Below the pieces are notes generated by a model. The model saw only the letters and a program-made list of their open reading frames with translations, was not told the DNA's origin and did not search any database. DNA of 64,000 nucleotides from Bacillota bacterium (GTDB taxonomy: Bacteria > Bacillota > Clostridia > Christensenellales > CAG-138): NCBI GenBank assembly GCA_023455425.1, contig JAEYCM010000013.1, positions 1 through 64,000 on the forward strand, given 5' to 3'. The first letter of the stretch is position 1. Each line of letters begins with the position of its first letter. Shown here in pieces: positions 17,899 to 27,794 of this stretch. The translations under genes were made by a program, and so were the position numbers.

Positions 17899-19281
17899 CT
17901 AACCGGCAACCGGCTCCTTCTCCTCCGCATCCGTACCGAGGATGGAGGGAAGCTCCATACCCGCCTGCTTGAAAAGGTCATTCATCGGGGGGATGGACTT
18001 GAGCATACCGGAAAGGAAGTTCGCCGTTGCGGGGGTGCCCGTGCCATTGCCCATGCTGTCCCACACGGTGACCTTATCGATCTTGATGTTCTTGATGGCG
18101 TCCACCTGCATCTGCACAAGCTGCTCGAGCTTATCTGCAATGATGAACTTCACCGCGGCATCCGGATCGCCGCCCGCCGCTTCCACAAGCTTGTTCATAC
18201 CAATGGCCTGCTTGGAGAGGACTTCCTCAATACCCTTTGCCTGCGCTTCCATCCGTGCGAATATCGCGTCCGCTTCGCCCTTTGCCTTGCGGCGAGTAAC
18301 TTCGGCCTCCGCTTCCGCGGCGATCTCCACCTGCTGCTTTTCGATTTGCGCTTTTACGATGATATCGGCCTGCTGTGAGGCGCGCACAAGATCCGCACGC
18401 GTCTGTTCCGCGTTCTGCTGGGCAACATACGCTTCTTGCAGGGCCATAGCGGCCTGCACCTTTTCCGCAGCTGTCGCAATGCGCAGCGCTTCCGCTTCCT
18501 TTTCCCTGCGGCGGGCTTCGGACTGGGCAATTTCCACCCTCGCGGTATTTTCACCCTGTATGGCCGTTGCGTTTGCCGCCGCGACCTCGATACGCTCATC
18601 CTTATGGGCGTTTGCCTGGCCAATTTCACCATCCCTGTTCTTTTCAGCTACGCTCTTCTTCGCGTCGTTGATGGCCTTCGCCGCGGCTTCCTTACCGAGC
18701 GCCTCGATATAGCCGGACTCATCGTTGATGTCCGTGACGTTCACGTTGATGAGCCTGAGGCCGATCTTCTTCAATTCGATTTCCACATTGTTGGAGACTG
18801 CAAGCAGGAACTTGTCGCGGTCGGTATTGATTTCTTCAATGTCCATCGTGGCGATGACAAGACGCAACTGACCGAAGATGATATCCTTTGCAAGCTCCTG
18901 AATTTCAGGCATCTTGAGGCCTAAGAGACGTTCCGCGGCATTCTGCATAATGCCGGGTTCGGTGGAAATACCCACCGTAAAGCGGGACGGCACATCCACG
19001 CGGATGTTCTGCTTGGAAAGCGCGTTCTTCAGATCCACGTTGATGGAAATGGGCGTCAAATCCATATACCGGAAATCCTGCAGCACAGGGATGATGAACG
19101 CAGCACCGCCATGGATGCACTTTGCCGAGCGGCTCTGGCCGCCTTTTTCCGCACCCACCTTACCGTAAATGACCAGCACCTTATCCGACGGGCACTTGCG
19201 GTAACGCGAAAGCACGCCAAGCAGCACCGCGAACAGGACAACAACTATAATGACAGTCCCAACCAACACATCCAACCCCAC
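17899..19281 (-). CDS. floT: Flotillin FloT/YuaG-like SPFH protein
   Basis: 460 aa with an SPFH domain and an EA-repeat coiled coil. It lies immediately downstream of an NfeD-like gene, as in the Bacillus yuaF-floT pair. Confidence 0.8.
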   Translation of the reverse strand: MGLDVLVGTVIIVVVLFAVLLGVLSRYRKCPSDKVLVIYGKVGAEKGGQSRSAKCIHGGAAFIIPVLQDFRYMDLTPISINVDLKNALSKQNIRVDVPSRFTVGISTEPGIMQNAAERLLGLKMPEIQELAKDIIFGQLRLVIATMDIEEINTDRDKFLLAVSNNVEIELKKIGLRLINVNVTDINDESGYIEALGKEAAAKAINDAKKSVAEKNRDGEIGQANAHKDERIEVAAANATAIQGENTARVEIAQSEARRREKEAEALRIATAAEKVQAAMALQEAYVAQQNAEQTRADLVRASQQADIIVKAQIEKQQVEIAAEAEAEVTRRKAKGEADAIFARMEAQAKGIEEVLSKQAIGMNKLVEAAGGDPDAAVKFIIADKLEQLVQMQVDAIKNIKIDKVTVWDSMGNGTGTPATANFLSGMLKSIPPMNDLFKQAGMELPSILGTDAEEKEPVAG

Positions 19282-19314
19282 TGAAAAATACCTCCTTATT
19301 ATTATAAAAAGAAA

Positions 19315-20016
19315 TTAGGCTTCCTTCTCCACCACCAGCACGTCCGCACGCACATCCACCACGCGCACAAACGCGCCCGTGGGAATGGCCTCCCCCTCCG
19401 TAATGGCATTGACCTCTACAAAACGTTCCTGCAACGTCAGATTGACCTTGCCCTCCCCTCTTCCGTCCGCAGGAATGGGAATATAGACGCGCGCCGTCAG
19501 GCCCAGCGCGTTCCTCAAGGAGATGTTGCCGCTATTTGCAAGGCGCAGCGTAAGCTGTATCAGTTTTGCAACGCCAAACATGGCAAGCGCGCCAAACACA
19601 GAACCAACAAACACGGCAAGCCCGCCGGGCATGCCCGAATTGTACGCAATGATCGACGTCCAGCCGAATACGGTCAAGAACGCGATGACGCCTTCGAGCG
19701 TAAAGAGCCGTAAAGCGCCATAGCCTGCGCGCGCGTCGGCACCGCCGGCATCCGCATGGGTATGTGTATGGACGTCGGCACCTGCGGCATCGCCGAAGTC
19801 AACATCTCCGAAATCAAGATCAACATCGGCCATATCGCCGATATCTCCGCCGCCGGAAGCGGCCCCCGTATCCGTCCCGGCGGCGTCATTCCCAAACCCC
19901 GCCAGCGTGAGCGCAATCTGTATCAGAAGCACCACACTCGCAGGTATGGCAATGCAATAAAGTACCCGCAGCAGCGTGCTCAATTCTTCCCACCAGGCCG
20001 CAACTCCCATTGCCAT
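19315..20016 (-). CDS. NfeD-family membrane protein (YuaF-like) with a D/G-rich acidic linker
   Basis: 233 aa with N-terminal TM helices, an acidic G/D/A-rich low-complexity segment containing HTHTH, and a C-terminal OB-fold-like domain. It is co-operonic with floT. Confidence 0.75.
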   Translation of the reverse strand: MAMGVAAWWEELSTLLRVLYCIAIPASVVLLIQIALTLAGFGNDAAGTDTGAASGGGDIGDMADVDLDFGDVDFGDAAGADVHTHTHADAGGADARAGYGALRLFTLEGVIAFLTVFGWTSIIAYNSGMPGGLAVFVGSVFGALAMFGVAKLIQLTLRLANSGNISLRNALGLTARVYIPIPADGRGEGKVNLTLQERFVEVNAITEGEAIPTGAFVRVVDVRADVLVVEKEA

Positions 20017-20186
20017 CCCCCTTTAGGTAAATTATATTTACTTTATTATATGGTTCAAAGCGCACGCTGTCAACGCCTCAACGGAGCCGATCCAGTAATC
20101 TCCGACGTTTTCTCTTGTCTTTCGGCGATAAACTTGCTATTATCATGGTAAATTATTTTTACTTCACATGGATTGGAGGGGCGACG

Positions 20187-20687
20187 ATGGATGCCAGGGA
20201 GCTGGGAAGGCGGCTTAAGGAAGCGCGGCTCAATAAAAAGCTCACGCAGGCCGAAGTCGTGGGCGATTTTATCACGCGTAACATGCTCAGCCAGATCGAA
20301 AGCGGCTTAGCCATGCCCAGCATGAAGACGCTCGCTTATCTTTCCGAGCAGCTTTCCATCCCGCTTTCCCAATTGCTTGACACCCCAACGGCGTCCGATG
20401 CGGTAGACGAACTCAACTGCGCCAAGCGCGCGTTTTCCGCGGAGGATTATCCGCTTGCCATCGCGATAGCAGAGAGACTGGAACTTCCCTTTTTTGACGA
20501 AGCGAGCGCCATCCTGACGCGCGCCCATTTTGCGCTGGCGCAACGTTATTTAAAAGAACGGGAATTCGCATCCGCCGCAGTACAGGCGCGCCTGGCCGCA
20601 GAAAAAGCCCAGCTTGGCATCTATTCCTCCCGCACGCTGCGCTCGGAAGCATTGCTGCTGCTGGATGAGGCTCAGAACCAGCGCTAG
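20187..20687 (+). CDS. XRE-family helix-turn-helix transcriptional regulator with a C-terminal helical domain
   Basis: 166 aa from MDARELGRRLKEARL, with a GGAGGGG RBS; the track ORF is over-extended. The HTH_3 motif is QAEVVGDFITRNMLSQIESG. Confidence 0.7.
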   Translation: MDARELGRRLKEARLNKKLTQAEVVGDFITRNMLSQIESGLAMPSMKTLAYLSEQLSIPLSQLLDTPTASDAVDELNCAKRAFSAEDYPLAIAIAERLELPFFDEASAILTRAHFALAQRYLKEREFASAAVQARLAAEKAQLGIYSSRTLRSEALLLLDEAQNQR

Positions 20688-20794
20688 AAGAAAAATTCCC
20701 TTTATTATTGACGCAATGGGATTGAAAAAGGATGCAGCATCCGATAGTTTCTCTGCATCGGTTTTCAGGCAGACCAAATCGAAAAGGAGCGCAC

Positions 20795-21325
20795 ATGAAG
20801 CAGGGATTGACGCACGTATATTACGGCAATGGCAAAGGAAAAACCACCGCTGCGCTGGGCTTAGGGATGCGCGCCTGGGGCTGCGGGCTTCAGGTGGTTT
20901 TGGTGCAGTTTTTGAAGGACTTTTCAACAGGTGAGCTCAAAGCCCTGGCGCAGCTGCCCGGCTTTACCGTGTTGCGCGGCAAAGCCAAAGGAAAGCTGTT
21001 CTCCAGAGATATGAGCGAAGAGGAGAAAGCCGCCACAACATTCATCCATGAAGCAAATCTGAAGCAAGCGCTGTCCCTTGTCAATACCGGCAAGTGTGAT
21101 TTGCTGATTTTGGACGAGGCGTTTGACGCCTACCAGCTCGGTTTATTGGGGGATGCGATACTCCGGCCCCTTATTGAGGAAAAGCCGGGGGAACTTGAAC
21201 TTGTCATCACCGGGCATGCGCCGGTAGAGTGGGTATTAAATCGGGCCGATTACGTCACGGAGATGGTCAAGCAAAAGCATCCTTACGACAGGGGGATTGG
21301 CGCGCGCAGGGGAATTGAATTTTAG
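20795..21325 (+). CDS. cobO: Cob(I)yrinic acid a,c-diamide / corrinoid adenosyltransferase (CobO/BtuR type)
   Basis: 176 aa from MKQGLTHVYYGNGKGKTTAALG, with a P-loop and an AAAGGAG RBS. The family signature is (Y)YGNGKGKTTAA. Confidence 0.8.
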   Translation: MKQGLTHVYYGNGKGKTTAALGLGMRAWGCGLQVVLVQFLKDFSTGELKALAQLPGFTVLRGKAKGKLFSRDMSEEEKAATTFIHEANLKQALSLVNTGKCDLLILDEAFDAYQLGLLGDAILRPLIEEKPGELELVITGHAPVEWVLNRADYVTEMVKQKHPYDRGIGARRGIEF

Positions 21326-21345
21326 CGATCTTATCGGGATTATAC

Positions 21346-21378
21346 AAAAGGCGGCCAAATTTCGGGCCGCCTTTTTTC
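21346..21378 (+). terminator. Rho-independent terminator after cobO
   Basis: AAGGCGGCC-aaatttcg-GGCCGCCTT followed by TTTTTT. Confidence 0.7.
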
Positions 21379-21439
21379 CTGCCCGCGGTTGTGGTATTGT
21401 GTAAATATATATCTATCATTATGAAGCGGGGCGGCGGGC

Positions 21440-23173
21440 ATGGAACAAAAAATACCAGGGCGCGCGGTATCGCTCAAATGGCGGCTCGTTACCATTGTGC
21501 TGCTGTGCTGGGTGCTGCCGGTGCTGCTCATTTTAGCGGTGGTTGGCGCGTATTCCTACTCCCAGGTAAAGCAGCAGATCGCGGATACCATAACGGTCAG
21601 CGCTCAAAATGCCGCCACCATGGTGCGGGCCGGTCTGGAGAATGCGCTCTCCGATTCACGCGCCGCTTCCTACGATCCGACCATCCGCAGCGCGTACGCA
21701 GCCTACCAGAACGACGGGGACAAGGTGGTGCTGTACGATACGCTCATCGATTACCTCACCCGGCAATACCGCTACAACGATATGTTCACCACCACCATGC
21801 TGTTTTTCCTGGATGAGCCGGACAGCATTTATTACATCAACAATAACGCGAACGCGGGCGCCTACGGGTTTGTGCGCAACTATGTCTCCACGGTGCATCC
21901 CGCAGTCATAGCGCGCTCAAATGAAATTGGCACCAACATTCGTTTCATTGCGCACGATGAAACGCTTTATATGGTAAGAAACCTGGTGGACAGCTCTTTT
22001 ATTCCGTATGCCACGCTTGTGATGCAGATTGACAAAGCCATCCTGTTCCGGGAGCTGACCGGTATTGTCTGGCTCACGGACGCCACCGTAACGCTCGACG
22101 GCGCGTCTGTAACGGTATTTGGCTCGGGCGCAAGAGCGCCTCAGAACGGCAGGCTCGTTAACTTCATGCAATATGAAGAAAACGACGGGCTTGTAACGCT
22201 TGGCCTTACCCAGAAACTGGAGCAGCATGAGGTTTCTTATTTTCTGCGGGTAGACAGCTCCGATCTTTTAGATCAATTGTCCACCATGCAAAAGCTGCTT
22301 CTCCCCATCAGCATATTCGTCATACCTCTGCTCATCATCGCCATACTCGCGTTCAACCGGCTGGTGTCCCGCCCGGTGGAGCGCCTGGTGGAAGCCGCCG
22401 CCATCATCGAAAAGGGCGAATTGGGCTACCAGGCAACGGATATTCCCTCAAGCCTGGAATTCCGTTATCTCTACGAGCGGTTCAACAGCATGTCCATGAG
22501 CATGAAGGAGCAGTTTGAGCGCAGCTATTACGAGCAGCTTGCGTTGCAGGATTCCCGCATGAAGGCGCTGCAGTCCCAGATCAACCCGCACTTCTTGAAC
22601 AATACGCTGGAGATCATCAACTGGGAAGCGAGAATGGCGGGCAACCTCAATGTCTCCAAAATGATCGAGGCGCTCTCCACACTCCTTTCCGCCGCCACCG
22701 CGCGCGGCGGGAACCCCATGACGCATTTAAGCGAGGAACTCGCGTTTGTGGACGCATATCTCTATATCATTTCCGTACGCATGGGCAAGCGGCTAAACGT
22801 GATCAAGGAAATCGACGAAGCGCTTTTACCGCTGCTTGTTCCGCGCCTGATCATGCAGCCGGTGGTGGAAAATGCCGTAGAGCACGGTATCACCCCGCGA
22901 CAGCGCGGTACGCTGACATTACGCGTATATGCGCATGAAGAGACCCTGCGGCTGGAAGTGGAAAACGACGGAGGCATGAGCGATGCGGATAAAGTCGCCG
23001 TCGGCCGCCTGCTGTCCGAAGAAAATCCGGAAGAGGACGTTTCAAAACCCGGCCAGGTGGGCATCCGCAACGTGAACCAGCGTTTGAAACTGCTGTACGG
23101 AAGTACAGCGGGACTTACGATTGAAGAGACGAATGCGGGCAGCACGCTTGCGCGCATTTCACTGCCTCTATAA
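21440..23173 (+). CDS. Sensor histidine kinase, YesM/LytS-type (His_kinase PF06580 plus HATPase)
   Basis: 577 aa with two TM segments, an extracellular domain, a HAMP-like region and the QINPHFLNNTLEIINWEA motif typical of YesM-class kinases that pair with AraC-type regulators. Confidence 0.8.
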   Translation: MEQKIPGRAVSLKWRLVTIVLLCWVLPVLLILAVVGAYSYSQVKQQIADTITVSAQNAATMVRAGLENALSDSRAASYDPTIRSAYAAYQNDGDKVVLYDTLIDYLTRQYRYNDMFTTTMLFFLDEPDSIYYINNNANAGAYGFVRNYVSTVHPAVIARSNEIGTNIRFIAHDETLYMVRNLVDSSFIPYATLVMQIDKAILFRELTGIVWLTDATVTLDGASVTVFGSGARAPQNGRLVNFMQYEENDGLVTLGLTQKLEQHEVSYFLRVDSSDLLDQLSTMQKLLLPISIFVIPLLIIAILAFNRLVSRPVERLVEAAAIIEKGELGYQATDIPSSLEFRYLYERFNSMSMSMKEQFERSYYEQLALQDSRMKALQSQINPHFLNNTLEIINWEARMAGNLNVSKMIEALSTLLSAATARGGNPMTHLSEELAFVDAYLYIISVRMGKRLNVIKEIDEALLPLLVPRLIMQPVVENAVEHGITPRQRGTLTLRVYAHEETLRLEVENDGGMSDADKVAVGRLLSEENPEEDVSKPGQVGIRNVNQRLKLLYGSTAGLTIEETNAGSTLARISLPL

Positions 23174-23322
23174 ATACTTGCCATGAAATGGCGCAACGAG
23201 CGTCAAAAAAACACAATGGCAGCAATTCTGATGTTCTCTTGATCAAGATAAAATATAGTTGTCTTACACAAGACGCGCATCTGTTATTCATATCCAAATA
23301 TCGAAAATGGAGGACAAGGTAA

Positions 23323-24651
23323 ATGAAGAAACTGTTTGCTCTGTTGCTCGCAGCGCTCATGCTTGTGTTGTCCTTGGGCTGCACAGCTACCCCGGCGCCT
23401 GCGGCAGCCGAACCCACCGCGCCCGAAGCCACCCAGGCCCCCGCGCCCGAACCGACCGAAGCGCCCAAAGGCCCCGTGGAACTTGTGGTTGTCACTTCCT
23501 ACAGCGAGGAAGACGGTAACCGTCCGAATTATGAAGCAGGCATCGCCGCTTACGAAGCCGCCTCCGGCAACAAAGTGCTCGACGCTTCCGCGACTTCCAA
23601 CGAAGCTTGGAGAGCCAAGGTCATGGCGGACTTTGAAACCGGCGCCGAGCCCGACGTTCTCTTCTACTACTCCGGCATGGACGCCAACAAGATCGTGGAA
23701 GCAGGCAAGGTTGTGACCCTTGATGAAATCCGCGCGGAATATCCGGATTACGGCGCCAACATGAAGGAATCCATGCTGCAGGCTTCTCCCGTGGACGGCA
23801 AAAAATACACCATACCCGTTAACGGCTACTGGGAAGGTCTGTTTGTCAACAAGAATGTTCTTGCGGACTGCGGCGTGGCCGTCCCCGGCGCGGATTACAC
23901 TTGGGAACAGTTCCTCAAGGACTGCGAAGCCGTCAAGGCCAAGGGCTACACCCCCATCGCCGTCTCTCTGCAGGAAGTGCCGCACTACTGGTTTGAGTTC
24001 TCCATCTTCAACCACGGCAACGTAAGCAACCACATTGCCCAGCCCGCCAGCGCGACCGACGAAGTGGGCCAGAAGTGGGTAGCAGGCCTTGACGACATCG
24101 CCGCGCTTTACAAGGCCGGTTACCTTCCCAAGAACACCCTGACCGCGACCGACGCCGAAACCGTGCAGATGATGGCGGACAATCAGGCCGCGTTCCTCAT
24201 CGATGGCAGCTGGAAGATCGGCTGGTTCCAGGAGAACGCCAATGTGGAAGACTTCACTGTGACCTACGTGCCCGGCGCAGGTGAACGCAAGGCAACCGAC
24301 ATCGTCGGCGGTCTCTCCATGGGTTACTACATTACCCGCAAGGCTTGGGATGATCCGGCAAAGCGTGAAGCCGCCATACAGTTCGTCATTGCCATGACCA
24401 CGGATGAAGTGGTAAGCACGTTTGGCGCAACCGCCATCACCGCGCTCAAGAACGGCACCGTCCCGCCCGCAGATGCCGATAACCTCATTAAGGACGCTCT
24501 CGCCATGACCAAGGGCGCCACCGGTATCACAGCCGCAACGCAGGACCTGATGAAGGCGGAAGGCCGCGCGGATCTGTTTGCCAATATCAAGAACATCGTG
24601 GAAGGCAAGATTACCGCTGCGGACGCGCTCACAAGCGCGCTGTCCAAGTAA
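23323..24651 (+). CDS. Sugar ABC transporter substrate-binding lipoprotein (family 1 solute-binding protein)
   Basis: 442 aa with a signal peptide and a lipobox (LSLGC), a PAPE-rich linker, and an SBP_bac_1-like body. Confidence 0.8.
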   Translation: MKKLFALLLAALMLVLSLGCTATPAPAAAEPTAPEATQAPAPEPTEAPKGPVELVVVTSYSEEDGNRPNYEAGIAAYEAASGNKVLDASATSNEAWRAKVMADFETGAEPDVLFYYSGMDANKIVEAGKVVTLDEIRAEYPDYGANMKESMLQASPVDGKKYTIPVNGYWEGLFVNKNVLADCGVAVPGADYTWEQFLKDCEAVKAKGYTPIAVSLQEVPHYWFEFSIFNHGNVSNHIAQPASATDEVGQKWVAGLDDIAALYKAGYLPKNTLTATDAETVQMMADNQAAFLIDGSWKIGWFQENANVEDFTVTYVPGAGERKATDIVGGLSMGYYITRKAWDDPAKREAAIQFVIAMTTDEVVSTFGATAITALKNGTVPPADADNLIKDALAMTKGATGITAATQDLMKAEGRADLFANIKNIVEGKITAADALTSALSK

Positions 24652-24686
24652 CTTTTCCACACCCAAAGGGAGTATATAAACAAAGC

Positions 24687-24720
24687 GGGGCTGTCCGGGG
24701 CACTCCCGGGCAGCCCTTTT
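24687..24720 (+). terminator. Intercistronic hairpin terminator/attenuator between the binding protein and the permease genes
   Basis: GGGCTGTCCGGGGCACTCCCGGGCAGCCC followed by TTTT, 36 nt after the binding-protein stop and 27 nt before the permease start. Confidence 0.5.
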
Positions 24721-24746
24721 CCTAGGCCGGAGAGGATGACGCCAAC

Positions 24747-25643
24747 ATGAACAATACCTCCACCATATTTAAGAAAAAGACGCCGCTGATCTTTTTTCTG
24801 ATCCCCGCGTTCGCGTTTCTTACGCTATACCTGTTTTATCCGTTCGTGATGAACATCGCCAACAGCTTTTCCCAGATTTCCGGTCTTGGCACGGCCTCCG
24901 AAGGAATCAACGACCCATGGTACCTCAATTATGCAAAGCTGTTTTCAGACCCGCTCATGGGCACAGCTATCACAAACAGCCTGCTTTTGATGGTATGCAC
25001 CATCGTATTCCAGGTGGGCCTCGCGCTCGTGCTGGCGCTTTTTGTGGATAGCATCCGGCGTGGGCATGAGTTCTTCCGCACGGTATACTTTTTCCCCATC
25101 GTGATCAGCGCGACAGCGCTCGGCCTTTTATTTAACCTCATATTTCTTTATAACGGCGGCATGCTCAACCAGTTGCTTGAAAAGGTGTTCGGCCTGTCCG
25201 AATATATTGACTGGAAGGATGAGAGTCATTATCTGTTTACCATGTTCTCGCCCGTGATGTGGCAGTACGTGGGGTTCTATTTTGTCATACTCATTACAGG
25301 CTTAAACAACATTTCCCCTGAAATTTACGAGGCCGCGCATCTGGACGGCGCAAGCGGATGGAAACGGGTGCGTTATGTCACGCTGCCGCTACTCCATAAT
25401 GTGCTTTGTACCTGCCTGGTGCTGGCCATCACCGGCGCGCTCAAGGCGTTCGACCTTCCATGGGTGATGATGGGCTCCGGCATTCCTATGGATAAATCGT
25501 GGCTGACGGGCACGTATATGTACAACCAAACCTTCCTGCGTTCGGATGTGGACTACGGCTCCACCATTGCCATCGTGATCGTGGTGCTGGGCGTGGCGAT
25601 CTCTAAGCTTGCCAACAGAGTATTCAAGGAAAAGGATTATTGA
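24747..25643 (+). CDS. Carbohydrate ABC transporter permease (MalF/UgpA-like)
   Basis: 298 aa with six TM helices and an EAA loop (BPD_transp_1). Confidence 0.8.
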   Translation: MNNTSTIFKKKTPLIFFLIPAFAFLTLYLFYPFVMNIANSFSQISGLGTASEGINDPWYLNYAKLFSDPLMGTAITNSLLLMVCTIVFQVGLALVLALFVDSIRRGHEFFRTVYFFPIVISATALGLLFNLIFLYNGGMLNQLLEKVFGLSEYIDWKDESHYLFTMFSPVMWQYVGFYFVILITGLNNISPEIYEAAHLDGASGWKRVRYVTLPLLHNVLCTCLVLAITGALKAFDLPWVMMGSGIPMDKSWLTGTYMYNQTFLRSDVDYGSTIAIVIVVLGVAISKLANRVFKEKDY

Positions 25644-25644
25644 C

Positions 25645-26538
25645 ATGGAACTGCAAGCAATGACTAAGCCCAAAGCAAGAAGGTCCCGCTTTTCATGGTC
25701 CAGGACGCTCACCTATATCCCGCTGAGCGTATGGGCGTTTACCACTATATACCCGTTCTTTTGGGTCATCATCAATTCCTTCCGCGTAAAGGGCCAGATC
25801 CGTTCGGACAGCTTTTCCATCCCCTGGCCGTGGCTCTCTTCCTTTACGCTGGACAATTATATGACCACATTTGAGCGCGCGGATATGGTAACGGCCTATC
25901 GAAACAGCCTTTTGATCTCCATAGCCGTGACCATTGCCGTGGTGCTTATTGCGGGTCTTGCCGCTTACGGCATGGTGCGCTATGAATTCAAGGGAAAGAG
26001 GCTGCTGCATTCGCTCATTATCGCCAGCATGATGTTCCCGGTGTTCTCCACCATTATTCCGGTATTCCGCATGGAAGTCACGTGGGGCATCGCGGGCACC
26101 ACCAACCCGTGGCTCTCCCTGCTTGCCACGGCCCTTCCTCAGATTGCAGGAAACCTTTCGTTTGCTATTGTGGTACTGATGGGCTTTATTCGATCGCTGC
26201 CGGTGGATATGGAGGAAGCGGCATACTTGGATGGATGCAACGTGTTCCAAATCTACTTCAAAATCATCATGCCCGTGGCGCGGCCTTCGTTTGCGACGGT
26301 CGCCATATTTTCCTTCCTGTGGTCCTACAACGATCTGTTTACGCAGATGTTCTTTTTACGCCTGCCCAAGGAAAAGACCATTACGCTGCTGCTCAACGAA
26401 ATCAGCTCCCAGGCGGGCGTCAATTACGGTTTCATGGCGGCGGCGGTGGTCGTGGTGGTCATTCCGGTGGTGCTTGTGTACATCCTGCTGCAGAAGAATA
26501 TCATCAAGGGCCTGACCGCGGGGGCGATCAAGGGATAA
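25645..26538 (+). CDS. Carbohydrate ABC transporter permease (MalG/UgpE-like)
   Basis: 297 aa from MELQAMTK. The ATG at 25645 lies directly after the upstream stop; the track ORF starts 36 nt earlier inside the upstream gene. Confidence 0.8.
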   Translation: MELQAMTKPKARRSRFSWSRTLTYIPLSVWAFTTIYPFFWVIINSFRVKGQIRSDSFSIPWPWLSSFTLDNYMTTFERADMVTAYRNSLLISIAVTIAVVLIAGLAAYGMVRYEFKGKRLLHSLIIASMMFPVFSTIIPVFRMEVTWGIAGTTNPWLSLLATALPQIAGNLSFAIVVLMGFIRSLPVDMEEAAYLDGCNVFQIYFKIIMPVARPSFATVAIFSFLWSYNDLFTQMFFLRLPKEKTITLLLNEISSQAGVNYGFMAAAVVVVVIPVVLVYILLQKNIIKGLTAGAIKG

Positions 26539-26584
26539 AGGTATCTCCGCCCGCACCCCCCGAGTACGGATGGGAAGCGTGGAA

Positions 26585-26770
26585 GCGCCTAAGGAATGGT
26601 GTTAGGGATTGTGCAGTCAAACGCTGCACATCAATCCCCGTTAAATCCCCGAATGTATCATTCGGAGGCATGCAGTTTCCACAAAGCAAAAATCTATCGC
26701 GACGGCACGCAGGCCTAATGGCCTTCGGGGTCTCCCGCCGAAGACGCGGCGCGCTAAAGCGCCAATACCT
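26585..26770. repeat. Structured intergenic repeat, copy D (multi-hairpin; TTAGGGATT / AATCCCC motifs)
   Basis: Hairpins GTGCAG-tcaaacg-CTGCAC, CCGAAT-gtatc-ATTCGG, CGCCG-aagac-GCGGCG and GGCGCG-ctaaa-GCGCC, plus GTTAGGGATT shared with copy C. Confidence 0.35.
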
Positions 26771-26851
26771 TAACCCCTCGCAATTTATGCATCTTTCTTT
26801 TACAGGAAAGGTGCATTCATATGTGGTAAACTATGTATGGAGGTGATCGGC

Positions 26852-27628
26852 ATGTGGAAGGTGGCGCTCATTGACGATGAGGAGATCATCGTTGAAGGGC
26901 TCAGGCGCATCGTGCGCTGGGAAAGCTACGGCTGCGAGGTCGTGGCCGCCGCATACAACGCCGCGGAGGGCGAAGCCGCCATCCGCGCGCATACGCCGCA
27001 CATCATCATAACCGATATTAAAATGCCCGACGCGGACGGCCTGACCATGCTGGCCGGTCTTCGCAGCGAGTTTCCGGATATGCAGGTGATCGTGCTTTCC
27101 GGCCACAGCGATTTTGCGTACGCGCAGCAGGCCATATGCCTTGGCGTGCGCCGTTTTTTATTAAAGCCCTCCAAAATGGAGGAGATTGAAGAAGCGCTCC
27201 TTTGCGCAACGGCCTATTTAAACGGCAAAGGCAAGGATGCCGCACAAGAGGAAACGTCGGAAGAACAGCTTACGGGCGCGGGCAGCTATGTCGTCCGGCA
27301 GGCAATCGCCTACATGGAGGAACACTACGCCGAGCGGCTCACGCTTCAGACGGTAGCGGAGCACTGCTATGTGTCCCAATGGCACCTTTCCAAGCTGCTC
27401 AACAAGCACACGGATCAATCCTTCTACGATTTATTGAATACCATCCGCATTCACCGCGCGCAGGAGCTGTTAAAGGACCCCAGCTTGAAAATCAGCGAAA
27501 TCTGCGAACTGACGGGCTATGCGGACACCGCGCACTTTGCGCGGGTGTTCAAACGCATTGCGGGCATGAGCGCAAACGAATACCGCAACACCGTCTGCCG
27601 CCTGCATAAGACCCGGCCTTCCATATAA
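26852..27628 (+). CDS. Two-component response regulator, AraC family (YesN-like; REC plus HTH_AraC)
   Basis: 258 aa from MWKVALIDDEE, with a GGAGGTG RBS, a receiver domain (phospho-acceptor Asp in IIITDIKMPD) and a C-terminal AraC HTH. Confidence 0.8.
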   Translation: MWKVALIDDEEIIVEGLRRIVRWESYGCEVVAAAYNAAEGEAAIRAHTPHIIITDIKMPDADGLTMLAGLRSEFPDMQVIVLSGHSDFAYAQQAICLGVRRFLLKPSKMEEIEEALLCATAYLNGKGKDAAQEETSEEQLTGAGSYVVRQAIAYMEEHYAERLTLQTVAEHCYVSQWHLSKLLNKHTDQSFYDLLNTIRIHRAQELLKDPSLKISEICELTGYADTAHFARVFKRIAGMSANEYRNTVCRLHKTRPSI

Positions 27629-27794
27629 CGGATTTGCCTTTTTCTTGCCATATACCGTCATAAAAACCCGACAAGCAGAAGCAAATAATCGCAGCCTGAG
27701 CACTTTTTCAAAGTGCGGGCTGCGATTTATACTTTATGTAGATATCACGCTAAGGCACTGTAGCCTTTCACACCAAAAATGCCGGAGGAATTGC

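Noticed and set aside
19700-19900. Gly/Asp/Ala-rich repetitive DNA inside the NfeD gene that might be taken for a tandem repeat or CRISPR-like array.
   Set aside because: It is in-frame coding low-complexity sequence (DxDFGD, HTHTH) with no spacer-repeat periodicity. It is simply the acidic linker of the NfeD protein.
20688-20794. Possible cobalamin riboswitch upstream of the corrinoid adenosyltransferase gene.
   Set aside because: The 107-nt leader is much too short for a cobalamin riboswitch (~200 nt), and the conserved B12-box (rAGYCMGgAgaCCkGCC) is not visible. Only a simple hairpin, GATGCAG...CTGCATC, is present.
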